Origin: Nanoarchaeum equitans Kin4-M
Lineage (GTDB): Archaea; Nanobdellota; Nanobdellia; Nanobdellales; Nanoarchaeaceae
Assembly (NCBI GenBank): GCA_000008085.1
Contig: AE017199.1
Span: forward strand, 240,001 to 272,000
DNA length: 32,000 nucleotides
Direction: 5' to 3'
Made by a program: the position numbers and the translations under genes. The notes under the pieces were generated by a model. The model worked only from the letters and a program-made list of their open reading frames with translations, did not search any database and had not been told where the DNA came from. This document shows positions 16,970-25,756 of this stretch, in pieces. Numbering within the stretch: the first letter of the stretch is position 1; the number at the start of each line of letters is the position of its first letter.

Positions 16970-18790
16970 TTAGCTAAACAAAGACATTTTTAGCATTTCA
17001 TATAGGCCTTGGAATAAGGTTATAGTAATTATTACTATAATGGAATATATAGCAAAAGCTATGGCTAAATTTTTCACAATAACTATTTTTTCGCTTATTG
17101 GGTCTTTTGAATTTTCTATACTATTAAGCAAAATAGATAGAATTATTACTGATGCTATAACATATAACCCAACTAAAGCTTGGTACATAAAAGGATTTAT
17201 TGTCTCTTTCTTTATCATAAACATTTGCAAAACATCCAAAGGAATAGAAAATTGACCAGCACTTTTAAAATCGAATGATTTCATTATGTTGGTAATTAAA
17301 AGCATAATAGATATCATAAAGTTACCTATACCAACGATTATGCCCAACATTACTGGGATTAGCATTATTATTTGCATCTTCATCTCGCTAATAGCTTCGC
17401 TAAGCAAATCCTTAGTTCTCTCTAAAGCAGCGTTAACCTTTCTAAGATAGTCTAACAAAGAATCTAATAATTCTGATAAAGATGTTAAACCTTTATTATA
17501 GTTGGCTATAATAATATCGAATATTGTCTCTATTATAGGATTGTTGTATTTTTTTAATGCTTCTTTTACTGCAATATCCAATGGTTTATTCTCATTGATT
17601 TTGTTTTCTATATTATATAATAGCTCAGCTATTTCTAAGCCTTGCAATTTTTTTGATGTTAAGCTTAATGCCCTTTCTAAGCTATAACCTAAAGAGACAT
17701 AACTTTTTAGTGTTTCCAAAAATATTATTAATTGGTTAACCATTTTTTTAATTTTGTTGTAAAGAGAATAAATATCAATAAAATACAATGCAAACCCAAT
17801 TAGCAAAAACAAAACTAACAAAAATGTGTAAGCTAAAGAAACAATACTATTAAACATTTTGTATTCTTTATAATGGCTCGATGCGTTAAGAAATATTATT
17901 AACCATAAGAAAAACAATGGAACTAATATTAATAACCGATATTGCCTTTTTCCGGGATTATAACTAAATATGGTGGGAGGAACCTTTTTCTCTATAACAA
18001 ATTTAGATAGTATTAGCAATATGGTTGGCAAAACTATATCATAAAATATGAACAAATAAATGTAAGGCACTTCCGATGCAAGAATTCCGATTATTACTGG
18101 TAATAAAGTCATGGTCATTATCGGTAATACTATACCTATCATATTTATTATTTCGACAGAACTCTTTAGCTCTCGGCTAAAAGATAGCATTCTATAGTAG
18201 CTTTGCTCCAAATAATAGGATAATGCCTCTTTCGGGTTTTTGTTTATTAGGATGAACAATGCTTGAGTTATTGTTGTGTTTTCTTTCCATCTTTTTGCAT
18301 AAAACTCTAGGGCGTCACTAATAGATTCGAAATACCTTAAGTTGGTATACCATAATAGCCTTTCTATGTCCAATTTTATAGGGAAAGGCAAATGCTTCGC
18401 ACTATTATATATTGCTAAATCAATACTAGGCAAAACTTCATAAAACATTGCTACATTAAGCAAAAACAAAAGAAATTGTGTTTCTTTTTTGGTTCTATAG
18501 CTTTTACCAACAATAATTGGATAATAATAAACATACAAAGCCAAAAACAAAAATATTAAAGTCAAAAAAATGAAGTTTATATTGAATAAAGAAACAATCG
18601 CAGAAACCATTGCGAGCAATATAAAAAACAAAGAAGCTTTTCCAACATTGTTTGGATCTATTTCTAAGCCCAATTCCCATGCATAAAATTTTATTTTTTC
18701 TTTCTCTTTTTCATTAAGGAAAGAAGGTAGAGGCAAATAAGACAAAAAATTTGTAATGTAATAATAAATTTTGGCATGCCATGGAATCAC
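16970..18790 (-). CDS. Type II secretion system F/FlaJ-like membrane protein with tandem T2SSF-type domains
   Basis: 606 aa with multiple TM helices and two cytoplasmic helical domains, e.g. 'FLETLKSYVSLGYSLERALSLTSKKLQGLEIAELLYNIENKINENKPLDIAVKEALKKYNNPIIETIFDIIIANYNKGLTSLSELLDSLLDYLRKV'. Confidence 0.75.
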   Translation of the reverse strand: MIPWHAKIYYYITNFLSYLPLPSFLNEKEKEKIKFYAWELGLEIDPNNVGKASLFFILLAMVSAIVSLFNINFIFLTLIFLFLALYVYYYPIIVGKSYRTKKETQFLLFLLNVAMFYEVLPSIDLAIYNSAKHLPFPIKLDIERLLWYTNLRYFESISDALEFYAKRWKENTTITQALFILINKNPKEALSYYLEQSYYRMLSFSRELKSSVEIINMIGIVLPIMTMTLLPVIIGILASEVPYIYLFIFYDIVLPTILLILSKFVIEKKVPPTIFSYNPGKRQYRLLILVPLFFLWLIIFLNASSHYKEYKMFNSIVSLAYTFLLVLFLLIGFALYFIDIYSLYNKIKKMVNQLIIFLETLKSYVSLGYSLERALSLTSKKLQGLEIAELLYNIENKINENKPLDIAVKEALKKYNNPIIETIFDIIIANYNKGLTSLSELLDSLLDYLRKVNAALERTKDLLSEAISEMKMQIIMLIPVMLGIIVGIGNFMISIMLLITNIMKSFDFKSAGQFSIPLDVLQMFMIKKETINPFMYQALVGLYVIASVIILSILLNSIENSKDPISEKIVIVKNLAIAFAIYSIIVIITITLFQGLYEMLKMSLFS

Positions 18791-18838
18791 TATATTGGTA
18801 ATAACTCATATTTATAAATTATTATATTTCCCAAAACT

Positions 18839-19096
18839 ATGATTCGATACGAGTTCAAAACCCCGAATCTTTTGGAGGTTTTGATTTTGCTTACAATAAT
18901 AGTTATATCATATTGGTTTATTAGCTACCAATCAACAGTAAATAACATAATCACAAGCGCAGTAGGTAATGAAGTAACTACTTACCTTAAGATTATAATC
19001 AATAACCAACTATCTCAAACCATATTATTATGGTTTATTCTATTAACAACATTATTCAATAGCCTAATCCTAGAAGGCATAAGAGACAAATTATAA
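18839..19096 (+). CDS. Small hypothetical membrane protein
   Basis: 85 aa with two hydrophobic helices. Confidence 0.45.
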   Translation: MIRYEFKTPNLLEVLILLTIIVISYWFISYQSTVNNIITSAVGNEVTTYLKIIINNQLSQTILLWFILLTTLFNSLILEGIRDKL

Positions 19097-19105
19097 TTTT
19101 TAAAT
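19097..19105 (+). promoter_or_regulatory. TATA-like element for tRNA-Asp
   Basis: 'tttttaaat' at about -28 to -20 from tRNA-Asp G1 (19125). Confidence 0.5.
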
Positions 19106-19124
19106 CGAAGTTTTATTAGTTCTA

Positions 19125-19197
19125 GCCCCGGTGGTGTAGCGGCCTAGCATGCGGGCCTGTCGAGCCCGCGACCCGGGTTCAAATCCCGGCCGGGGCG
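19125..19197 (+). tRNA. tRNA-Asp (anticodon GTC)
   Basis: GCCCCGG...CGGGC CTGTCGA GCCCG...CCGGG TTCAAAT CCCGG CCGGGGC + discriminator G; no encoded CCA. Confidence 0.95.
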
Positions 19198-19230
19198 GTT
19201 TTTTCATTCTTAAGAATGAGAAAAAATAGT

Positions 19231-19301
19231 GGACCCGCCGGGATTCGAACCCGGGGCCTCCGCCGTGCCAGGGCGGCGTCCTACCGCTGGACTACGGGCC
19301 C
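19231..19301 (-). tRNA. tRNA-Ala (anticodon GGC)
   Basis: GGGCCCG...CCGCC CTGGCAC GGCGG...CCGGG TTCGAAT CCCGG CGGGTCC; carries the G3:U70 alanine identity pair. Confidence 0.96.
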
Positions 19302-19717
19302 GGTATAACATTAATTATCGGTTTAAAAACCTTTAGGGGGATATATTTTATAGAAACCAAATCTTTTATGCTATCTGTGGGTTTGTTGACTAATATACTA
19401 TAAATGGTACCATCAAAACCGGCATTGTCATTCTTTATATTATATATTTCTTTCCATCCGAATTCGGTTTTTTCTATGTTAAAGCCATTTTCTATTAATT
19501 TTTGTGCATGCTCTAATAAAAGTTTTACTGCTTCCATAGGAGTAAGGTCTCTAAATGCATAAATAAACAAATACAAGTTTTTCCATTTTATTGCGTGTAT
19601 ATCTTTGTTATGCCCATAGTATATTACATTACTATTGAGGAGTTGCTCTAGTGCGTTCTTGAAGTAGTACTTTACCACTTTCATACAATAATAATAACAT
19701 GTTATAATATAAAGCAT
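19292..19717 (-). CDS. Hypothetical protein overlapping tRNA-Ala; true start may be the internal Met at 19684
   Basis: 141-aa ORF ending ...KVFKPIINVIPGP*; TATA-like 'ttatattataac' centred about 22 nt upstream of the internal ATG (MKVVKYYF...). Confidence 0.6.
   Translation of the reverse strand: MLYIITCYYYCMKVVKYYFKNALEQLLNSNVIYYGHNKDIHAIKWKNLYLFIYAFRDLTPMEAVKLLLEHAQKLIENGFNIEKTEFGWKEIYNIKNDNAGFDGTIYSILVNKPTDSIKDLVSIKYIPLKVFKPIINVIPGP
19321..19330 (-). promoter_or_regulatory. TATA-like element for tRNA-Ala, inside the upstream CDS
   Basis: Minus strand 'GTTTTTAAAC' at -20 to -29 from tRNA-Ala G1 (19301). Confidence 0.45.
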
Positions 19718-19742
19718 TTAATGCAAAATTTACTATTTTATT

Positions 19743-20087
19743 ATGTATCCCTATTTCGGAGACGAAATTGGGTATATATATAGATTCGATAAAAATATTG
19801 CTAAAAACCTCTATTTGCTAAAACCTATAGTTTATGATGGAGAAACATACCAAGCACCAATAGAATATAAAATGGGTGTAATACTATTGCCTGACAAATA
19901 TAAAGGTTTGATGCTAGAAATAGAACCAATAGAAGATAAGTTTGTAACATACCATATTGGCACTAAACCTTTCTTACAATTATACCAGGCTAAACCCCTA
20001 TTCGTGCCTAAGAAAGATGAATACAAATTACACAAAGTGCCATGGTTAGTCATTCGGGGGCTAAAAAAGTTAAAAGCTTTTAAATAA
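19743..20087 (+). CDS. Hypothetical protein
   Basis: 114-aa ORF directly upstream of the histone gene. Confidence 0.6.
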   Translation: MYPYFGDEIGYIYRFDKNIAKNLYLLKPIVYDGETYQAPIEYKMGVILLPDKYKGLMLEIEPIEDKFVTYHIGTKPFLQLYQAKPLFVPKKDEYKLHKVPWLVIRGLKKLKAFK

Positions 20088-20105
20088 TGAAGCATATTTT
20101 TTATT

Positions 20106-20354
20106 ATGCCAGCAAAAAGAGACAGGGGTATCCCATTAGCAGCAGTCGAGAGAATATTAAAGGAGGAAGCAAAAAAGGTCGGAGTAACAAGAGTATCCGA
20201 CAAAGCAGTTAGGTTATTGAAAGAGAAATTAGAACAAATCTATGCAGAGATCGCCAAAGAGGCTTTAAAATTAGCAACACACGCTAAAAGAAAAACAATC
20301 AAAAAAGAAGATGTTTTAAATGCAGCAAAGGTAGTAGTTAAAAATTTAGTCTAA
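20106..20354 (+). CDS. Archaeal histone
   Basis: 82 aa: 'GIPLAAVERILKEEAKKVGVTRVSDKAVRLLKEKLEQIYAEIAKEALKLATHAKRKTIKKEDVLNAAK', a histone fold. Confidence 0.95.
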   Translation: MPAKRDRGIPLAAVERILKEEAKKVGVTRVSDKAVRLLKEKLEQIYAEIAKEALKLATHAKRKTIKKEDVLNAAKVVVKNLV

Positions 20355-20552
20355 AATCTTTATTAGCTTTTTTCTATTTTTAAACCCCTTTATTATTTTA
20401 ACTTTTCTACCGAAATACTTTTCCAACAAATATATTAGCTCTTTGTTCGCTTCATTATTTCTTGGAGGACTCTTAAGATAAACTTTCAATGGGTTGCCCT
20501 CAATTATTTTTTGATTTTTACTATTTGGGAATACCAATATTTCTACTATCAT
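20346..20552 (-). CDS. DUF167/YggU-family protein
   Basis: 68 aa: 'VFPNSKNQKIIEGNPLKVYLKSPPRNNEANKELIYLLEKYFGRKVKIIKGFKNRKKLIKI'. Confidence 0.88.
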   Translation of the reverse strand: MIVEILVFPNSKNQKIIEGNPLKVYLKSPPRNNEANKELIYLLEKYFGRKVKIIKGFKNRKKLIKILD

Positions 20553-20579
20553 AGCGAATATTGTATTACCAATTTAAAC

Positions 20580-20652
20580 GGGCCGTGGGGGATTCGAACC
20601 CCCGACCTGCGGGTCCGAAGCCCGCCGCTCTACCTGGCTGAGCTAACGGCCC
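20580..20652 (-). tRNA. tRNA-Arg (anticodon TCG)
   Basis: GGGCCGT...GCGGG CTTCGGA CCCGC...GGGGG TTCGAAT CCCCC ACGGCCC; discriminator G just outside. Confidence 0.95.
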
Positions 20653-20670
20653 AGCTAATTGTTTTGATGC

Positions 20671-20680
20671 TATTTATAAA
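20671..20680 (-). promoter_or_regulatory. TATA-like element for tRNA-Arg
   Basis: Minus strand 'TTTATAAATA' at -19 to -28 from G1 (20652). Confidence 0.5.
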
Positions 20681-20988
20681 TGATGAAAGTTTATCTAAAA
20701 ATGGATCCTTTAATTATGGCAGGTATAGCATTAATTATAGCATGGTTAATACTACAATGGTCTGAACCCTTAATAAAATATTTATTATTATTGATTTTAT
20801 TTGTTTTGGTTTATGACTTTATAGTTAATGGAGACACATCTACTGCGGCTTTCTTAACTTCCTTTATAAGTAAAACAGTAAACAAAGCCGTTGTTATATT
20901 GCAAAACCTGTCAAAGACCAATAGTACAGAAATAATAAATAATCTAACCAATACCACTCCTATATTGTTATTGATTAGGAAAAAATAA
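20680..20988 (+). CDS. Small hypothetical membrane protein
   Basis: 102 aa with two hydrophobic helices and an N-x-T-rich tail. Confidence 0.55.
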   Translation: MMKVYLKMDPLIMAGIALIIAWLILQWSEPLIKYLLLLILFVLVYDFIVNGDTSTAAFLTSFISKTVNKAVVILQNLSKTNSTEIINNLTNTTPILLLIRKK

Positions 20989-21327
20989 ACATTTTAGTAT
21001 TTTGTCCCTATAGCTTACGCAAACATATTTTCCTATACATCCCAATTCATTAACATCAATTACAGCTTTATTTTTTATGCCATCTAAATAAGTCCCACAA
21101 ATTGGTATAGTATTGTTAGTAACAAAAACGAAAATGTTTTTCATATTGGTTTTCCCGTACATCGATTCCAATATTAAATTGTTATTTTCTAGTTTTATTG
21201 ATAGAAATGGGATAGAATAATAGGATTGTCTTATTTCTAACATTTGGGGTATTATAATTTGGTTAACTGCTATAGTAAAGGTAAAAACTATTAACCCCAA
21301 CAATAATGGGTATGTAAAATACTCCAT
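20968..21327 (-). CDS. Membrane-anchored hypothetical protein
   Basis: 119 aa; N-terminal TM 'YPLLLGLIVFTFTIAVNQIII'; overlaps the convergent ORF by 21 nt. Confidence 0.6.
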   Translation of the reverse strand: MEYFTYPLLLGLIVFTFTIAVNQIIIPQMLEIRQSYYSIPFLSIKLENNNLILESMYGKTNMKNIFVFVTNNTIPICGTYLDGIKNKAVIDVNELGCIGKYVCVSYRDKILKCLFFPNQ

Positions 21328-21338
21328 CGTTTATACTA

Positions 21339-24300
21339 TTATATCTCTTTATAGGGGTATTGTTGTTTCTTCTTTCTGCGGAGCCATGCTATTAATATTA
21401 AGAATAATGCCGTTCCTATTATTATAATGGCAAAGGAATTGAACTCCCTTTTTGTTTTCTTTATGGGTTTCGCTTTTGGTTTTTCGTTTTTGCTTTGTTC
21501 TATTTCTGTTTTTTGTATTCTAGTATAAGGTAAAAACGTTTCGAAAACTAATTTATTATTTTTTATTACCATCACATGGCCTTCTTTTATTTGGGCTTTC
21601 CCAATATAGGTTTTGTTGTCATTAACAATAATCCCCCCTTCTATGGTTAAACCATTGTTTATATAAATTTTAACGCCTTCTACCTCTATATATGGTTTTT
21701 TATTGGCTGCGTAAAATATATAGGCAAACCTTGTATTGAATATAGGTTTTATTTTAGATTTTAAAGTTTTGTCCCATGTAAACAAGGGGGTATCCAATTT
21801 AGAACAATTAAGTTTTTGTGGTTTAATATAGATAGGGATATAATTATTATCGCATTTAGCTAGCATAGGGATAGAAATATTGTTCTCTAAATCGAAAGCT
21901 ATAAAAACATCTTTGGGCAAAAATATATAACTATTGTTGTAAAAATATAATATTGCATCGCTGTCTAAATCTATAATTTTGTATACATTGGAAGTATTGC
22001 CTATTGGTATAGGATAATTAATATTAAACTCCCCCACATATTGGTTGTTTGCATAAACTTCGTATCGGCCTTTCGATAAATACAATTTATTTCCAATTAT
22101 ATAGAAAGGAAATATTTTGCTATTCGCCTCTTCTATATAGCTAAAACCATCCAAATGTAGTTTAAATTGTCCCTTTATTTTGAAATAGATGTCTTTATTA
22201 TATACAGTAATGTAATTATCTGTATTCCCAATTATGGTATTGTTTGCCTTTTTTATATCTAAAGTCCAGGACTGAGGTTTAATATATATAGGCCTATCCA
22301 AATATATTATGTCTCTTTTGGTAAAATATTTCTTTATGTAACCTTTATTATATATAGCAGTAAAGAATGTTGGTATTACAAATTTGTATTCCCCTACTAC
22401 TATGGAATCATTTACAATATAAAATCCAGGTTTGGTTTTTATCCCAATATATAAGGTTTTGTTGAAATAGAATATTTTGTTATTTATTATCCTGCTTTCT
22501 CCTTCCCTTAATGTTATATCGGGTTTGAAATCGTTGTTAGTATCTATATATAAATTATCATCTATTCTAATGTTTGGTTTTCCCATATACCAGCCCTTGT
22601 CTAAGTTAAAACTGTACATCGTTGGTATATCTAAATTAATCTCTCTTTTTATAGAAGTGCAAACGCTTTTACATGCAGTAACTATTAGGTTTACTTTTCT
22701 AATTAATTTTATAGAATAATTTCCAAAAGGAACTTGGTCTTTTTTTGGGATTGGATCGAATTTTTTATATTGCAAAGGATTTATGTTACATGCTATATTA
22801 TTTGTCTCCCCATAACATAGCCATTTAACTTTATACAAATAGGGTTTTTCATAATATAATTTATTGTATATTCCTAACCCATTTAGGTAGTTTTCTAACA
22901 ATTTTTCTCCCAATAGCGATTTATTATAGAATACCCCGTATTTTATGCTAATGTTTTTGTATTCTATTTTTCCAGGTATTGTTATTAAAACATCGCCGTT
23001 TTCTATTTTTACTGGAATCGGAAAAGTATTATTCTCTATTATTCCAACATAAATTAGTTTACCATTGTGGTATACCTTAGCAAAGAAAGGATCTGATTTT
23101 ATTGTAACTTTATTCCCCTTTATTGTGTAATTAAAGTTAACCAAGTAGGTTGGTATCACTTTTATTTTGCCTTTTATTTTTCCATTAAGTTTTAACTCTA
23201 TTGCAGGCACATCGTATTGATAATAATCGAAATATCTTATTTGCTTTCCATCATATAATATTGTGTGCTTGTAATAACCTAAAATATGTATAATATTTAG
23301 GCCTTTTATCAAATAAGGGCTAACATCAATTTTCGACCATTCTTTGGATACATTTACCTTTAACTTTTTGTTATTTACTATAACAAAAATGGTATCTTTG
23401 TGAGAAGCTTTCAAATACAAATAATGCCCATCGAATTTGTATTCTATTCTTGGCTTTTCATAGTAATAATAAGGTATAACCTTATGGCCATCTTTGTATT
23501 TGATCTCAATAAGGTTTAATCCAATTCTTGGAGTAAATTTTATAGTACTATTTCCTTTGACTATATAAGTTTCGTTATTGATTTTTATTTCTATAGGGTA
23601 TGGCTGATTAGTAATGATTTGTAAAGTATTGTTCTCTATTTTAGTTATAACCTTTTGAGGTAAATAGTTAAACCTAAAGCAATAATTTTCTACACATAGT
23701 TTACCATCTTTGTATTCGCCGAAAGGTAATATGGTAGTATAATTATTGCTTTGAATTTGCAATTCTTTTATTCCATATTCGTTAATTCCTTTGTATACGA
23801 AAACTTTAATCGTATCATTTACATAGCTTAGAAGCTGGCTATCTATAGGGATTAGTTTATATAAATTATCGCCATCGCAATAAAAAGTTTGGTTAAACAT
23901 AAATTGATTGCAATCCCCATATGGAATTGCTAAATATAAGGAACCATTCAAATCTTTGGGTTTATTAACAAATATTATTGGAATACTAAATGTTTTTTCA
24001 AAATTGTCCTTTCTTATTTTTATTTCTATAGGGGTTTTAGTTGGGGTATATTCGATAGAATAAGACCCATTTAAATCTATTGTTCTATAGTATATTCCAT
24101 CTATATAGATATCGATGTTTTTGCCTTGTCCTATAATGAATATATTGGTTTTTTCGCCCTTTCTTATATTGTCGGGATCAACATATACCGCTTTTATGTT
24201 TAATGGGTCTTTTTCTACATAAACTTCTTTACTATATTTATATACAAGTTTGTTTCCTATGTAGGCTTTAACATCTATTGTTGTATTTCCATAGAATGGG

Positions 24301-25511
24301 AATTGCAAATTAAATTCGTAGGATTTATTTACAAATTTACAATCATCTTCAACACAAACTTTTAATGGAATGTCGCTTTCTACTTTTATTTTGCAATTGG
24401 ATTGGTAGCATTTTTCTATAGATACATCGATTTTAGGTTTAAGCAATTTATTAAAATCTAAATATAGTATGCCTTTTCCATAGAGATACGCGGGCTTTTT
24501 AGGATTTACGATCCAATCTATATTTATTTCGTCCAATGTTAGATTAAAATATTGCATTAACAAAGCTATTGCTCCTGCTGTTACAGCTGCGGCGTAACCA
24601 GGATAGAAACCAAAATCAAATTTAGATTGGGCCGATAAAGTGGGGTTTTGGCCCAGCAAAGTAGGACCTTGTGCGGTTAAAACCTTGTATCCATCTAAAC
24701 CAACAACACATATTTTAGCAAAACAAGGAGATTGGAGAGTATAATTATAATCTTCGTTATCTAAATATAATACATCTGAATAAGTAGGGCTTTGATGTTC
24801 GATAATTTTTAGTTTCCAAGCATAATTGGTATTTATTGTTAGATTTATCGTTTTCTTTTTGCCATCGTAATAGCAGGGCTCATCAATATACATGGATTGT
24901 ATCCTACAAGTTATTGCTTTCTCCTTTGGGCTTTCTATAGAATAACAACAATTTGTAGGGAATAGAACACTAACATCTTTTGCGCTAACTATTTGGATTG
25001 TTGCATTGTATAATGCCACATCTGTTCCATATTTTGCTGTATCTACGTTTATTTTTATATTACTATAACCCTTTCCAGGGGTTCCATGTATAGCGAATCC
25101 TGCAGAGGCAATTGTTGGGAATTTAGATAAAAATTTACATATTTTATCAGAACAATCATCGAAGGGGGTATTGTAATTTAATGTGACTACAACTAAATCA
25201 TATTTCGATAAATTTAATTTAGTTACATCTAACATTTTATTAGAATAATCGCAATCGTATATGTCTAATGAGACATTTGGGGCGATACTTTTTATTATTG
25301 CTGCACTATATGTGCCCCAATTATTTATATCTACTTTATCGCTTCCTAAGCAATAGAATAGTCTTATATTTTCGTCGTTTAAATTATATTGGCTTTTTAA
25401 TTTTTCATAAAGCGAATGGTTAAAACCTGTAGTTATTAAAGCGATTTTTATGTTTTGTCCATTTGCATCTTTTGGAACATTTATTATTATGCTATCTAAT
25501 GGAGGTATCAA
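21339..25511 (-). CDS. Giant surface protein: degenerate subtilase-like N-terminal domain, long beta-rich region, C-terminal TM anchor
   Basis: 1390 aa, TTG start. 'IKIALITTGFNHSLYEKLK' and 'NNWGTYSAAIIKSIAPNVSLDIYDC' and 'GYAAAVTAGAIALLMQYFNLTLDEI' align by eye to subtilase Asp, His and Ser motifs; C-terminal TM 'FAIIIIGTALFLILIAWL' followed by RRKKKQQ. Confidence 0.7.
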   Translation of the reverse strand: MIPPLDSIIINVPKDANGQNIKIALITTGFNHSLYEKLKSQYNLNDENIRLFYCLGSDKVDINNWGTYSAAIIKSIAPNVSLDIYDCDYSNKMLDVTKLNLSKYDLVVVTLNYNTPFDDCSDKICKFLSKFPTIASAGFAIHGTPGKGYSNIKINVDTAKYGTDVALYNATIQIVSAKDVSVLFPTNCCYSIESPKEKAITCRIQSMYIDEPCYYDGKKKTINLTINTNYAWKLKIIEHQSPTYSDVLYLDNEDYNYTLQSPCFAKICVVGLDGYKVLTAQGPTLLGQNPTLSAQSKFDFGFYPGYAAAVTAGAIALLMQYFNLTLDEINIDWIVNPKKPAYLYGKGILYLDFNKLLKPKIDVSIEKCYQSNCKIKVESDIPLKVCVEDDCKFVNKSYEFNLQFPFYGNTTIDVKAYIGNKLVYKYSKEVYVEKDPLNIKAVYVDPDNIRKGEKTNIFIIGQGKNIDIYIDGIYYRTIDLNGSYSIEYTPTKTPIEIKIRKDNFEKTFSIPIIFVNKPKDLNGSLYLAIPYGDCNQFMFNQTFYCDGDNLYKLIPIDSQLLSYVNDTIKVFVYKGINEYGIKELQIQSNNYTTILPFGEYKDGKLCVENYCFRFNYLPQKVITKIENNTLQIITNQPYPIEIKINNETYIVKGNSTIKFTPRIGLNLIEIKYKDGHKVIPYYYYEKPRIEYKFDGHYLYLKASHKDTIFVIVNNKKLKVNVSKEWSKIDVSPYLIKGLNIIHILGYYKHTILYDGKQIRYFDYYQYDVPAIELKLNGKIKGKIKVIPTYLVNFNYTIKGNKVTIKSDPFFAKVYHNGKLIYVGIIENNTFPIPVKIENGDVLITIPGKIEYKNISIKYGVFYNKSLLGEKLLENYLNGLGIYNKLYYEKPYLYKVKWLCYGETNNIACNINPLQYKKFDPIPKKDQVPFGNYSIKLIRKVNLIVTACKSVCTSIKREINLDIPTMYSFNLDKGWYMGKPNIRIDDNLYIDTNNDFKPDITLREGESRIINNKIFYFNKTLYIGIKTKPGFYIVNDSIVVGEYKFVIPTFFTAIYNKGYIKKYFTKRDIIYLDRPIYIKPQSWTLDIKKANNTIIGNTDNYITVYNKDIYFKIKGQFKLHLDGFSYIEEANSKIFPFYIIGNKLYLSKGRYEVYANNQYVGEFNINYPIPIGNTSNVYKIIDLDSDAILYFYNNSYIFLPKDVFIAFDLENNISIPMLAKCDNNYIPIYIKPQKLNCSKLDTPLFTWDKTLKSKIKPIFNTRFAYIFYAANKKPYIEVEGVKIYINNGLTIEGGIIVNDNKTYIGKAQIKEGHVMVIKNNKLVFETFLPYTRIQKTEIEQSKNEKPKAKPIKKTKREFNSFAIIIIGTALFLILIAWLRRKKKQQYPYKEI

Positions 25512-25735
25512 GCTCTTTTCTTTGGAGATGTATCTTTTTTAACTATGTTCTCTATATATGGGCTATAATCTTTTAGCTCTAGGGCTATTACTTTATCATT
25601 ATATTCTAATATTTTATCGAACAATTCCTCTCTAGTTAATGCTAAAACTATTTCCCCTAAATCTATAGGCATAGAAATTAAACCTTTTTCTTTGAGAGTT
25701 TCAATATTTTTATCATAAAATATTAAAAGTAACAT
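25508..25735 (-). CDS. Small hypothetical protein coupled to the giant surface protein gene
   Basis: 75 aa: MLLLIFYDKNIETLKEKGLISMPIDLGEIVLALTREELFDKILEYNDKVIALEL...; its stop overlaps the TTG start of the next ORF. Confidence 0.55.
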   Translation of the reverse strand: MLLLIFYDKNIETLKEKGLISMPIDLGEIVLALTREELFDKILEYNDKVIALELKDYSPYIENIVKKDTSPKKRA

Positions 25736-25756
25736 TGTTAAATTAAAAGAGGTTGT

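Noticed and set aside
5992-20652. Possible split or intron-containing tRNAs, as seen in Nanoarchaeum
   Set aside because: All five tRNAs are contiguous with intact anticodon arms and complete acceptor stems; I saw no tRNA halves in the gaps I read.
20511-20765. Plus-strand ORF '...GPWGIRTPDLRVRSPPLYLAELTAQ...'
   Set aside because: It is the well-known spurious translation across an antisense tRNA (here tRNA-Arg) and it runs into the real 20680 ORF.
22477-22719. 80-aa plus-strand ORF inside the giant surface protein
   Set aside because: It is antisense and Leu/Ile-rich with no start context; a chance ORF in AT-rich sequence.
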